Position numbers and translations under genes: made by a program. The notes under the pieces are model-generated. The model was not told the origin of the DNA and did no database searches. It saw only the letters and a list, made by a program, of their open reading frames with translations. 58,149 bases of DNA, taken from IMG/VR virus record IMGVR_UViG_3300034351_000038, positions 1 through 58,149 of that record, one strand, 5' to 3'. The DNA is from a virus (taxonomy: Duplodnaviria; Caudoviricetes). Within the stretch, counting starts at the first letter, position 1. Each line of letters opens with the position of its first letter. Below are positions 27,467 through 36,469 of this stretch, piece after piece.

Positions 27467-27663
27467 TATTTGTTACCCCAGTTATCGTCTTTCTTCATGT
27501 CGTGGATATACTTCTCTTCTCGATCTATCTTGATGTGATTTGGTGCTTCAAATCCAAGGCTAGTACCATATTGATTTTCCCCAAGAACAGTTATCACAAC
27601 TTGTTCGTTTTCAGGCAACTGAATAATAACCTTCGTCCCAGCTTTTCTATTTAGTATTAGCAT
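27466..27663 (-). CDS. csrA: CsrA/RsmA family translational regulator
   Basis: MLILNRK.G...I.VL......LGFEAP..IKIDREE matches the CsrA pattern MLILTR..GE...VL...IG..AP..V.HREE. Confidence 0.85.
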   Translation of the reverse strand: MLILNRKAGTKVIIQLPENEQVVITVLGENQYGTSLGFEAPNHIKIDREEKYIHDMKKDDNWGNK

Positions 27664-30526
27664 GCTGTGTCCTCATAAAGTTTTTTAGATTAGTTATTGA
27701 ATCTATAGATATTGACCTCCACCCACCTGAAACCTCGCCACGTATTATATACCATGTTTCACCCTCTACTGCCTCGCTAGCAATCGCGGACCCATTCAAC
27801 TCTTCGAATTGCATAGGAGATATCGAACAGCGTATCACGCCGGTATCATCTTCTATTTGTAAGTTAAGAAAGAATTGATTTTTGTCAACTCTCTTACCCT
27901 TTCTTTTTGCTAATGATGCAGCATCATTTCTATCTCTCAACTCACTTTTAGCGACACACCCAATGATTACGTAGTCGCCAGGCTCGCGAACATCCTTGAT
28001 GAGGGTGGGCGCTTTAGCCAACCCATAATCATTTGGGTTTTCAAAGATGTGGCCAAAGTAGTGTTTCGTCGGAAACAATATGTCAAACGGCGTCACTGGA
28101 TTAGCCATCTTTTCTGCTATCGCCTTCGTAAATGATCCTGTTTCCCTATCCTTGATTATCTTTTGAGCCTTCTTCACACCAATACCATGAAGGTTCGTCA
28201 GACCACCAACCAGCTTACCACCCTTGATTGACCAAAGGACTTCAGACTCTTTGGCGTCAAAAGGGATATACTCTATCCCATCATACGTTACGAAATCACG
28301 CAACAGCCTAGTGGAGACCTCATCACTCTTGGCGTTATTCAGGTTTGCTGCAGCAAACTCCAGCGGATAGTGTGCCTTGCACCACGCCGTCCAATAGCTG
28401 ATCAGGGAATACGCAACTGCGTGTGACTTGTTGAAGCCATATGATCCCATCGAAGACACTGCTTGCCATACCTCTTCTGCCTCCTCCTCCGTGTGACCTT
28501 GCTCTACTGCACCAGAAACGAATCTGTCCTTGTATTTAGCAAAAAACTCATCACCAAGTGATTTCGACATTGCCTTTCTTAATATGTCTACGTCACCCCA
28601 GCTCAGATTACCGAACTCCTTGAGAATCATCATCGTCTGCTCTTGGTACACCACGATCCCATATGTGTTTTTGGTGATCCTTTCGTACACATCCCCATAA
28701 TATTTTGGCTCTGATACACCTGTCCTTTTTTGAACATACATCTCAGCGCCACCAGAGCTTAGGGCCCCAGGCCTGGCAAGTGATGTTATGGCGCATATAT
28801 CATCAAAACTTTCCACCCCCATTTGGCTCGTTATGTTTGCAAGTGTGTCACCCTCAAACTGGAAGACGCCGTAAACCCTTCCATCATTAAATATTTTAAA
28901 CGTATCTACATCATCTAGTGGTAGTTCATAAAAATCATGATAATCAAAACCAGCCAGCCTCGCAGTCTCTTGCAATACAGACAGAGTCCTTACACCAAGA
29001 ACATCAATCTTCAGTAGATTGATCGATTCTGCCTCCTTGCCCTCAAGCATAATTGTTGATTCTCTGGCATCTATCCCTGCGTACTTATACAGTGGCTCGT
29101 TAGATACGATCACCCCTGCAGCGTGTTTCCCGGCGTGCCTTGCATGATCCTCAATATACTTGACAACCTCCATCCCAGGGTACATACCAAGAAATAACTT
29201 CCCAGCTTCTGTAGTGTGTAGGGTGTCTTCTATGCACTTTTTCGCCCTATCGTCGCCAGATCTGCGCTCAATGATGCTGCTTTTTAGGTCACTAGTCTCA
29301 CTCTCAGGGACCCCAAGCGCCTTTGAGAAATCTATGATGGCAGACCTACCTTTGTACCTTGCAATCGTGCATATGGCCCTCACGTTGTCCTGACCATACT
29401 TCTTAGTGAGATACCTTATGACACTTTGCCGGTTCACATCAGGTATGTCAGTGTCGATGTCTGGCAGATTCGACCGATTGACATCTATGAATCTCTCAAA
29501 AAGCAACCCGAACTTAATTGGGTCGATCTCTGTTATGCCAAGCAAGTAACACACTAGCGAGCCACCAGACGATCCGCGTGCAGGACCCACAAGGCAATAC
29601 TTCTTTGCTGCCATGAGCATATCGGCCACTATTAAAAAATAGTCATCGTAGTCACGACTTTTGATCATCTCCAGTTCATATTCAAACCTATCTCCATATA
29701 CTTTGTCTGTCAGATCTATTTTTAGCTTCTTTGCTCTCTTTATACACTCATCTCTTAAATTTTTATCCTCCTTAAACTTCACCATTGGCGCATCTTGGAT
29801 GTCTGCATTACACTGCTCAGCAAGAATATGTGTGTTCTCGATTGCCTCAGCAGACATACCATTTACTACCATCTCATCTTCATTTAGGATCCATTGTGGG
29901 TGTGGAGACAGATCCATCCTTGGGTAAGAAAGAGTCTCATACACCTCCTTGTCCTCAACACGCGGATATTTGTTGTCTAACAGCGCGATTCTTGGCTTTT
30001 CGCTTACCGTTCCGTGCTCCTGTGCGAATCTAAATGATCTATCCAGGATAACTGGCCCTGAAATCAGCTCTCCGAAGAAATCTATCCGGTGATATGCGAG
30101 CAGTTTGTTCTTGGCGATACCATTAGCTATCACAAACACGTTTTTTGAGACAAGTATCACATCGTCATACGTCAGCCTGGGGAAATAGTAGAAGTTCTCA
30201 TATGCAGTGTTAACAAGTTTGTATATTTCTGTCAGCCCATCGTTATTCTTGGCTATGAAAACGAATTCAGCTATGTGGTTGTATGACCCCCTCGCTGAGG
30301 TTTTTTGATTACAGCAGTCCGTTACCTTCAACCTCACCCCGTATATTGGTTTGATGCCATATGTATTACAGTGTTTTCTTAATTTTATGTGAGCGTATGT
30401 ATTTGCATTGTCAGCAATACCAATATGGGATTCTCCCCTGCACGCAGCATCCTTGACCATTTGTTCCAAATGACCATAGCAATCCTTAAAGGTAAATTCT
30501 GAATGTAATGCTATGTGTATCATCAT
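27647..30526 (-). CDS. dnaE: DNA polymerase III alpha subunit (family C)
   Basis: PHP domain, GPARGSSGGSLVCY.LGIT.IDP, LLFERF, PDIDTD, KIDVLG, YGFNKSHA. Confidence 0.95.
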   Translation of the reverse strand: MMIHIALHSEFTFKDCYGHLEQMVKDAACRGESHIGIADNANTYAHIKLRKHCNTYGIKPIYGVRLKVTDCCNQKTSARGSYNHIAEFVFIAKNNDGLTEIYKLVNTAYENFYYFPRLTYDDVILVSKNVFVIANGIAKNKLLAYHRIDFFGELISGPVILDRSFRFAQEHGTVSEKPRIALLDNKYPRVEDKEVYETLSYPRMDLSPHPQWILNEDEMVVNGMSAEAIENTHILAEQCNADIQDAPMVKFKEDKNLRDECIKRAKKLKIDLTDKVYGDRFEYELEMIKSRDYDDYFLIVADMLMAAKKYCLVGPARGSSGGSLVCYLLGITEIDPIKFGLLFERFIDVNRSNLPDIDTDIPDVNRQSVIRYLTKKYGQDNVRAICTIARYKGRSAIIDFSKALGVPESETSDLKSSIIERRSGDDRAKKCIEDTLHTTEAGKLFLGMYPGMEVVKYIEDHARHAGKHAAGVIVSNEPLYKYAGIDARESTIMLEGKEAESINLLKIDVLGVRTLSVLQETARLAGFDYHDFYELPLDDVDTFKIFNDGRVYGVFQFEGDTLANITSQMGVESFDDICAITSLARPGALSSGGAEMYVQKRTGVSEPKYYGDVYERITKNTYGIVVYQEQTMMILKEFGNLSWGDVDILRKAMSKSLGDEFFAKYKDRFVSGAVEQGHTEEEAEEVWQAVSSMGSYGFNKSHAVAYSLISYWTAWCKAHYPLEFAAANLNNAKSDEVSTRLLRDFVTYDGIEYIPFDAKESEVLWSIKGGKLVGGLTNLHGIGVKKAQKIIKDRETGSFTKAIAEKMANPVTPFDILFPTKHYFGHIFENPNDYGLAKAPTLIKDVREPGDYVIIGCVAKSELRDRNDAASLAKRKGKRVDKNQFFLNLQIEDDTGVIRCSISPMQFEELNGSAIASEAVEGETWYIIRGEVSGGWRSISIDSITNLKNFMRTQHANTK

Positions 30527-31083
30527 CCTAATCTTTTAATATCGATATAATTATTATCTACAAGCATTTTGAAAGCGTTGTATAAACCACGCACATCGTT
30601 TCTAGCTCTATGTGCATCTTTCAACGGCTTTCCAGCCAACTCACACAGTTCAGACAGCTTAAGTCTGTGTCCTTTTATTTGTTTACTGGCCTGAACAGTA
30701 CAAATGTGATGCCTTGGCCATGGGAAATTTATAAGTTTATCAATTCTGAGAAGCTCATTAGCGAGCATGCTAGTATCAAAAGATATATTATGCGCAACAA
30801 GGACATCTACTCCAGTCATAAATTTAGAAAATTCCGGATAGCATTTTAAAAACGATGGGCTTGACGAAACCATTTCGTTTGATATGCCAGTGAGCCTTTC
30901 AATCTCACTATCAATTGGAATTAATGGTTTAAAGAAGCTTTCGTATTCGCGCAGAAAATTAAAGTTTTCATCAATAACAGCACAATAGATCTCAATGATT
31001 TCTGGTTGCTCAATAAGACCAGCTGGGCTTGGTTTAAGCAGTCCAGTTGTTTCAGTGTCGAACAGGCAAAATTCCATATCCAT
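30523..31083 (-). CDS. dnaQ: DnaQ-like 3'-5' exonuclease (DEDDh)
   Basis: DTETTG, AHNISFD, HRA.ND motifs. Confidence 0.92.
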   Translation of the reverse strand: MDMEFCLFDTETTGLLKPSPAGLIEQPEIIEIYCAVIDENFNFLREYESFFKPLIPIDSEIERLTGISNEMVSSSPSFLKCYPEFSKFMTGVDVLVAHNISFDTSMLANELLRIDKLINFPWPRHHICTVQASKQIKGHRLKLSELCELAGKPLKDAHRARNDVRGLYNAFKMLVDNNYIDIKRLG

Positions 31084-31094
31084 CTCCTAATTTG

Positions 31095-31126
31095 AAAAAG
31101 TGGGAGGCATATGACAGCCCCCCCAC
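31095..31126 (-). terminator. intrinsic terminator
   Basis: Minus strand GTGGGGGGGC-TGTCATAT-GCCTCCCAC-TTTTT. Confidence 0.75.
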
Positions 31127-31135
31127 AACAGATTG

Positions 31136-31696
31136 TTACTGACTCAGCTTAGCTGCCAAATCATTAACAAGCTTTCTGATCCCCTGGAGACCAATTTCAC
31201 GCTTCAATGTTTTTTCTGTACCATTGGCCACAATAAAATCATGGACTTCCTCTTCGGTCATATTGGGGTTGTCGATGAGCGCGGCATAAAAATTCCTTGT
31301 GAATGAGCGACCAGTTCCGGATACCACTTCCTTCTTATATACTTCCATCCCGGTAGCCTTGGCATATCCACGCACAAGTGCAGCAGCAGATTTTTTACTT
31401 GTCCCATTCAACCTAGATACAAGATCGTCAACCACTGCATTAAATGCTTCAACAGTAGAAAGATCGCGACCAATAACACTTGCTTCTACAATAGAATCCC
31501 TCTTCTGTTTTGGAATAACCAAACCAGCATCAATAGACAGTTTATTGTACATTCGAGCAACATTCTTGAATTTTGCCCCTGCCTCGATCATATCAAGCTT
31601 GATTTCTTCCTCTTCTTTCCCTGCAGCAACACCAGCATTAAACGCATTCTTAATTTCTACAGAAATCTCTTGTTCGTTTTTGTTTTCTTCAGTCAT
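31136..31696 (-). CDS. hypothetical protein
   Basis: 186-aa ORF with GAGGG SD and its own terminator. Confidence 0.7.
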   Translation of the reverse strand: MTEENKNEQEISVEIKNAFNAGVAAGKEEEEIKLDMIEAGAKFKNVARMYNKLSIDAGLVIPKQKRDSIVEASVIGRDLSTVEAFNAVVDDLVSRLNGTSKKSAAALVRGYAKATGMEVYKKEVVSGTGRSFTRNFYAALIDNPNMTEEEVHDFIVANGTEKTLKREIGLQGIRKLVNDLAAKLSQ

Positions 31697-31753
31697 ATTA
31701 TCCCTCGATTAGTCATGTGTGTTTTGGAAAATTATATATTTACCTCCACAAAA

Positions 31754-33310
31754 TTAGTTGAATTTGTAATCGCAAACGGTATTAAACCGTTTCTCTTGTT
31801 TTATCAAAATACCAACTGGCACATCAAGATCTTCTCTAACAGCATATAATTCATCGACTGTGTTTATGCTATTCTTACCAAGTCTAAGTTCAATCCAGCG
31901 CGCTGCCATCAATCTTGCATACCCTGAGTGCTCAAGACACACCCATTCTTTCGCCTCAAGCCCATCTAACGTATGATATGTAACAACCAAACTCGGAGGA
32001 CGCCCAAGCTTACGATAGATCTTGTAATCAACTTTTGAAACCTCAGTCCAAAACGTATCCCTCCTTAATATTTGTACATTGGTTGCATCATCAAGACCAT
32101 GCTTAAATTTAAACTCATGACCACAATGACAATGTGTAACCCTTGGGTGATGAATCGCACCACACGCGGGACACTTCTTAGTTATCGGGGCCCCTCCTGT
32201 CTTTTCCCTCTTTCGCGCAACTACAACATCATTTATTGGCCCAAGCCTTTGTGTGTTACCTGCAAAATCCATCACACCGAAATGGGTTTTCCCTGGGAAG
32301 ATCCTTGTGCCCCTGCCAACCATCTGAACGTGGTAGACAGGAGATTTTGTTGATCTACCACATACAATCAAATCAACCTGCTTTGAGTTATATCCAGTTG
32401 TCAATGCATTGACACTAACAATTGCTTTATAGTAACCCTCTTCGTGCTGCCTCAGAATCTTTTCTCTATCACCATCCATTTTTGAATGAACAACATTGGC
32501 TCTAATACCAGATCGAATTAGATATTCGGCCATATGATCCGCGTGGTTGATGTCTATTGCGAACAATAACCATTTCTTATAATCTTCACCTACCCTTATT
32601 ACCTCATCTATGAGTGCTCTGGTTACTCTATCCCTATCAAAAGCACGAGACAGATCTCCTGATGCGAAATCTCCTGCTACAGTCCTTATCCCTTTTACAT
32701 CAAAATTCATTTTTGTCGCTAGTGTCCTTGGTGGACATAAAAATCCTCTATCTATCAATTCATTGAATTTATCATATGATGTATAATCATAAATCAAATC
32801 ATCAAAGAATGAATCTGACTGTCCGTATATGTACCCCACACCAAGTCTGTATTTTGTAGCAGTAAGACCAACACAAGCAACATTACTAAACTCCTTCAAG
32901 AACGTCCTATACATCCCTTCCTCTTTTGGTGGGATAAGATGTGCCTCATCTATTATAATTAACTTAACATCATTGAACAAGCTAGGGTTCTTATAAATTG
33001 ATTGTATGCCTGCAACAGAAACCTGGTCAGTAGTTCTCGAATTTAATCCTGCAGAATACAGCCCTGGAGAGATATCAGTTAGCTCATTTATCGTGTCGTA
33101 ATCTTGCTGAAGTATCTCTCTAACGTGAGATATAATTAGGACGTTTATCCCCCACCTACTAACTGCCTGCTCGACTATATCTGCTATCACAACGGTTTTG
33201 CCCGTCCCAGTAGGCAACCCTATGACTGGGTTCTTACCCTTGTTCTTCCTCAAATAATTGAACAATGTCTCTGGGATAGGCTCTTGATAGTAATATGGTT
33301 TGATTTTCAT
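31754..33310 (-). CDS. superfamily 2 helicase (RadD/YejH-like) with C-terminal Zn ribbon
   Basis: PTGTGKT, DEAH, TAT, QMVGRG.R, CPAC..CHC. Confidence 0.92.
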   Translation of the reverse strand: MKIKPYYYQEPIPETLFNYLRKNKGKNPVIGLPTGTGKTVVIADIVEQAVSRWGINVLIISHVREILQQDYDTINELTDISPGLYSAGLNSRTTDQVSVAGIQSIYKNPSLFNDVKLIIIDEAHLIPPKEEGMYRTFLKEFSNVACVGLTATKYRLGVGYIYGQSDSFFDDLIYDYTSYDKFNELIDRGFLCPPRTLATKMNFDVKGIRTVAGDFASGDLSRAFDRDRVTRALIDEVIRVGEDYKKWLLFAIDINHADHMAEYLIRSGIRANVVHSKMDGDREKILRQHEEGYYKAIVSVNALTTGYNSKQVDLIVCGRSTKSPVYHVQMVGRGTRIFPGKTHFGVMDFAGNTQRLGPINDVVVARKREKTGGAPITKKCPACGAIHHPRVTHCHCGHEFKFKHGLDDATNVQILRRDTFWTEVSKVDYKIYRKLGRPPSLVVTYHTLDGLEAKEWVCLEHSGYARLMAARWIELRLGKNSINTVDELYAVREDLDVPVGILIKQEKRFNTVCDYKFN

Positions 33311-33337
33311 TTTGTCCTATCCTACGAGTTTTTGTTC

Positions 33338-34177
33338 TTATGTAATAAATAGATCTGAAACAGAATACTTATCACATCCAACAATTTGCTTTTCAAACGG
33401 TATAGAATCAATCTTATTGGCACTGCAAGACCAGCGTCCACCATCTTCTAAATCTGAATATTCGCATGTCCTACAATTCTTATCTACAGGTTCCATTGCA
33501 AAACACTTTTCCCTTGCACCACACATACGACACTCAAACCATGTTTTTTCTCCGTTCCCTATCCTTTCGAATTGGTTTTTCGCAGTCAATATATCAACCT
33601 CTGCGCGGAGAGCCATATCATAGACGCTCTTGTCGAAATTTATAATGAAGTAAAGTCTTTCATCTGTGTTTTTATTTTTAACAACAAACAATGTCTTATT
33701 AAGATTCATTTTCCCCATATATAAATTGATCTGCCATATATATGCTGGCTCATAATCAATAAGGCCCTTATGATTTGTTTCTGGGTCATAAAGATTCTTG
33801 AATGCATTAAACCTTTCGTTATTAGCTGTTTTGCACTCAAGCAAGAACGTCTCTTCTGGATCGTCTATGACACCTAGTACCTTAGCATCAATATGGCCAC
33901 CAGAATGCCCCTGTAGGCCTGGCACTTCTAATTGCTGATCAAATACGGTGCACCCTACATCCTCAAGCTCATTTATGAGGATATCCTCTTCTGCGTGCCC
34001 TACATTTAAAAGTCTTTCCTTTCTTGGATTAATTGGTTTGTAAAAAGCCAATCTGAACGAATACAATACATATCTTTTGCATTTATGTCCTATAATAGAA
34101 TACCCAAGATACTCACGTTTAGAAGGGAAGACATCCATGTCTTCGATTTGTTGTTCTATCAACGTTCTACTTTCCAT
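33338..34177 (-). CDS. Cas4-like PD-(D/E)XK exonuclease
   Basis: C..Y, GH..E, GHID, LECKT, Q..YM, C..C....C cluster. Confidence 0.8.
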   Translation of the reverse strand: MESRTLIEQQIEDMDVFPSKREYLGYSIIGHKCKRYVLYSFRLAFYKPINPRKERLLNVGHAEEDILINELEDVGCTVFDQQLEVPGLQGHSGGHIDAKVLGVIDDPEETFLLECKTANNERFNAFKNLYDPETNHKGLIDYEPAYIWQINLYMGKMNLNKTLFVVKNKNTDERLYFIINFDKSVYDMALRAEVDILTAKNQFERIGNGEKTWFECRMCGAREKCFAMEPVDKNCRTCEYSDLEDGGRWSCSANKIDSIPFEKQIVGCDKYSVSDLFIT

Positions 34178-34183
34178 TTTTGC

Positions 34184-34672
34184 TCAAAACGGAGTATCAT
34201 CATCATCTTCCTGTTCATCGACACTTGTATCAACAGGACCAGACACAGGCATAACACCATCAGCCTTTTTAAATGCAACGATCCTATTACCAGCTGGGTA
34301 TTTACCTTGTGCTTCCTGTTTAACAAGCTTAATAGTCATAGGTTTCCCATGTAATACTTCCGTGACCTCTAAATCTCCTGCGAACCCAACTGCGTCGCAA
34401 ATACTACGCAGTCTTGAGTGGGCACTACGTTCTGCTTCTTTATTTTTGTTTACTATACATAGATTCTCATAAATAACTCGACCTTTACCTTTTGGTCCAA
34501 CAATATCAAAACGCAACGCAAGAATCTTTCCGCTTTGATCTTTTGCATTAGGGCCAGGTGCTTTGATTTCACTCTTTGTTATTTTTGCAAGATACTCTCC
34601 CTCAGGCAGAGGCAAAAAATCACCCATTGGTTCGTGATCACTGGTATTAAATGCTTTTGGTAATGTAGGCAT
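34184..34672 (-). CDS. ssDNA-binding protein (DUF669-like)
   Basis: F.PLP.GEY..I...E; acidic C-tail DDDDTPF. Confidence 0.8.
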   Translation of the reverse strand: MPTLPKAFNTSDHEPMGDFLPLPEGEYLAKITKSEIKAPGPNAKDQSGKILALRFDIVGPKGKGRVIYENLCIVNKNKEAERSAHSRLRSICDAVGFAGDLEVTEVLHGKPMTIKLVKQEAQGKYPAGNRIVAFKKADGVMPVSGPVDTSVDEQEDDDDTPF

Positions 34673-34676
34673 GGTG

Positions 34677-35384
34677 TTATTCCTCTCTCTCTTGTTCTAC
34701 TTCGCTTTTCTGCTCTTTGGTTTTTTTAGCTTGAATTTTTTCAAATATATGAGTTAAGTTTGGTTTCTCGATTTGATTTAATTTCCCACTCCTATCTTTT
34801 GCAGCATATGAAATATCTGGCTGCGTTTGTAAATACCTATACTTCTTTCCTTTTTCTGTAACACCGATCCTCAAACAAAACAGCTCATCGAAATAAAACG
34901 GCAAATTAAGCTGATTTGTTTTTCCTGGCATCATCGGTCTATATGATGTAATACCACTGTAATCATCAGTAAAGACACCTTGTTTGGCTGTGAAGTATAC
35001 ATGCTTATCTTCGATGTTTCTAAATTTTGTAATCCATTTATGCATTAAATCATTTAACTTCCCATACGCTTGCCTCCCATCACTAACATTTTGTTTGTTT
35101 GTCAGTAATATTGATTCTGCTATATCAGAAATTGAATCTAAACAAATTGTACTATAGCTAGATGCAACAGCATAATCAAAACTTTCCTCTAACTCATCAA
35201 CAGTGTTAACAACCACAAACGGCAATCCAAACTCTTGCAAAGACAGCAATCCATTTTCTGTCGATATAATAAGTGGATTTGGAGCAGTTGCACACAATCT
35301 AGTTTTGCCAATTCCAGCATCACTATAGACAATCACTTTGACTGTACCACCCAAGTCAGCGGTATTTTTTACGGTTATCGCCAC
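34677..35384 (-). CDS. AAA_24/Sak4-like ATPase
   Basis: G.GKT, E.GLLS, LDSIS, AKDRSG motifs. Confidence 0.85.
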   Translation of the reverse strand: MAITVKNTADLGGTVKVIVYSDAGIGKTRLCATAPNPLIISTENGLLSLQEFGLPFVVVNTVDELEESFDYAVASSYSTICLDSISDIAESILLTNKQNVSDGRQAYGKLNDLMHKWITKFRNIEDKHVYFTAKQGVFTDDYSGITSYRPMMPGKTNQLNLPFYFDELFCLRIGVTEKGKKYRYLQTQPDISYAAKDRSGKLNQIEKPNLTHIFEKIQAKKTKEQKSEVEQEREE

Positions 35385-35387
35385 TAG

Positions 35388-35771
35388 TTATTCCTCCTCA
35401 AGCACTGGCTTGGTTTTTATAGTTGGGGCACTAGGCTTTGTTTCTACACACTCGTCTAAATTCTTGCGCTCTTCCTCAGAAAGCTTTTTGTACTTGCTTA
35501 GTGACAATTCGTATTTTACAGAAACGCAATCTTTCTCTTTTTCTGTAAACTTATCTTTGTTTTTCTCATAATCCTTGAGTACGATTTTGTAGCTATAATC
35601 TCTTTTTACATCTGCAATATCTCCATTGGTGATAATAGTCTCCTTACCTTTTTTATCATCACCAAGAACCATAGAAGCTATCTCCTTACGCAAACTCATC
35701 TCTCTTTCTTTGTAAAATGATAGTTCAGTACTTGCGAATTTCCACTCTTCGAAAAGCTCTTCTCTATTCAT
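35388..35771 (-). CDS. hypothetical protein of the recombination cluster
   Basis: E..LRKEI; Y..L.......D..V..KP..P.I motif. Confidence 0.65.
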   Translation of the reverse strand: MNREELFEEWKFASTELSFYKEREMSLRKEIASMVLGDDKKGKETIITNGDIADVKRDYSYKIVLKDYEKNKDKFTEKEKDCVSVKYELSLSKYKKLSEEERKNLDECVETKPSAPTIKTKPVLEEE

Positions 35772-35772
35772 A

Positions 35773-36180
35773 TTAAGGCCTAAATGTTTTGATACCAATG
35801 TGGTTTCTCACATCTATATGCAACCACGGTACGTTAAGTTCAAGACCCCTTATCAAATTGTAAGGACTCCTATGTTGATTATTCAATATATCCTCTCTTA
35901 CTTTATCTACAGTAGTCTTTGAAAAAAGACAATCGACAGCTCTACCAAATGAATGCTGACTGTATTTTCTGTAATACTTGCAGCCAGGAACTCTCAACCC
36001 AGACTCTGATCTATTCCCTCCATCATCCCAAGTGTTTATGATAATAGGACCATATATATTCCTAAGTGAGTCGATCAAAGATAACAGTGTTGGATCTAAT
36101 AGTTCCCACGCTTTACGTCCACGATCTGCATACACACTAGGCGGAACCAATTCTTGAATTTTAAAATACCTACACTCCAT
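35773..36180 (-). CDS. peptidase M15-family endolysin
   Basis: SG.R, SQH.FGRAVD, WLHIDVR zinc-peptidase motifs. Confidence 0.8.
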   Translation of the reverse strand: MECRYFKIQELVPPSVYADRGRKAWELLDPTLLSLIDSLRNIYGPIIINTWDDGGNRSESGLRVPGCKYYRKYSQHSFGRAVDCLFSKTTVDKVREDILNNQHRSPYNLIRGLELNVPWLHIDVRNHIGIKTFRP

Positions 36181-36469
36181 TCATAGCCTCTATTAATCTT
36201 CTCAAAGCACTTTCTGTAGCCATCGCTCTAGTTAATGCATCTTTGTATACCTTTTCAATCAATCCTAGAGCGGTTTTATGAAACTCTTTTGATTGGTCAG
36301 CTAACCTCGCGGACCTTTTAAATAAAGACGAAGCAAAAAATAAAACAAATTCCATTTGAATATATATAAAAGAGAATGCAGCAGCAAGTAAAAAACCATA
36401 ATATTTGTACAACATAATAGCAAAAAACGCAGACACTCCAATCCTAATAAAATTAAACAAATATCTCAT
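36170..36469 (-). CDS. membrane protein (2 TM plus coiled coil)
   Basis: Hydrophobic N-half; overlaps neighbours. Confidence 0.6.
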   Translation of the reverse strand: MRYLFNFIRIGVSAFFAIMLYKYYGFLLAAAFSFIYIQMEFVLFFASSLFKRSARLADQSKEFHKTALGLIEKVYKDALTRAMATESALRRLIEAMNGV

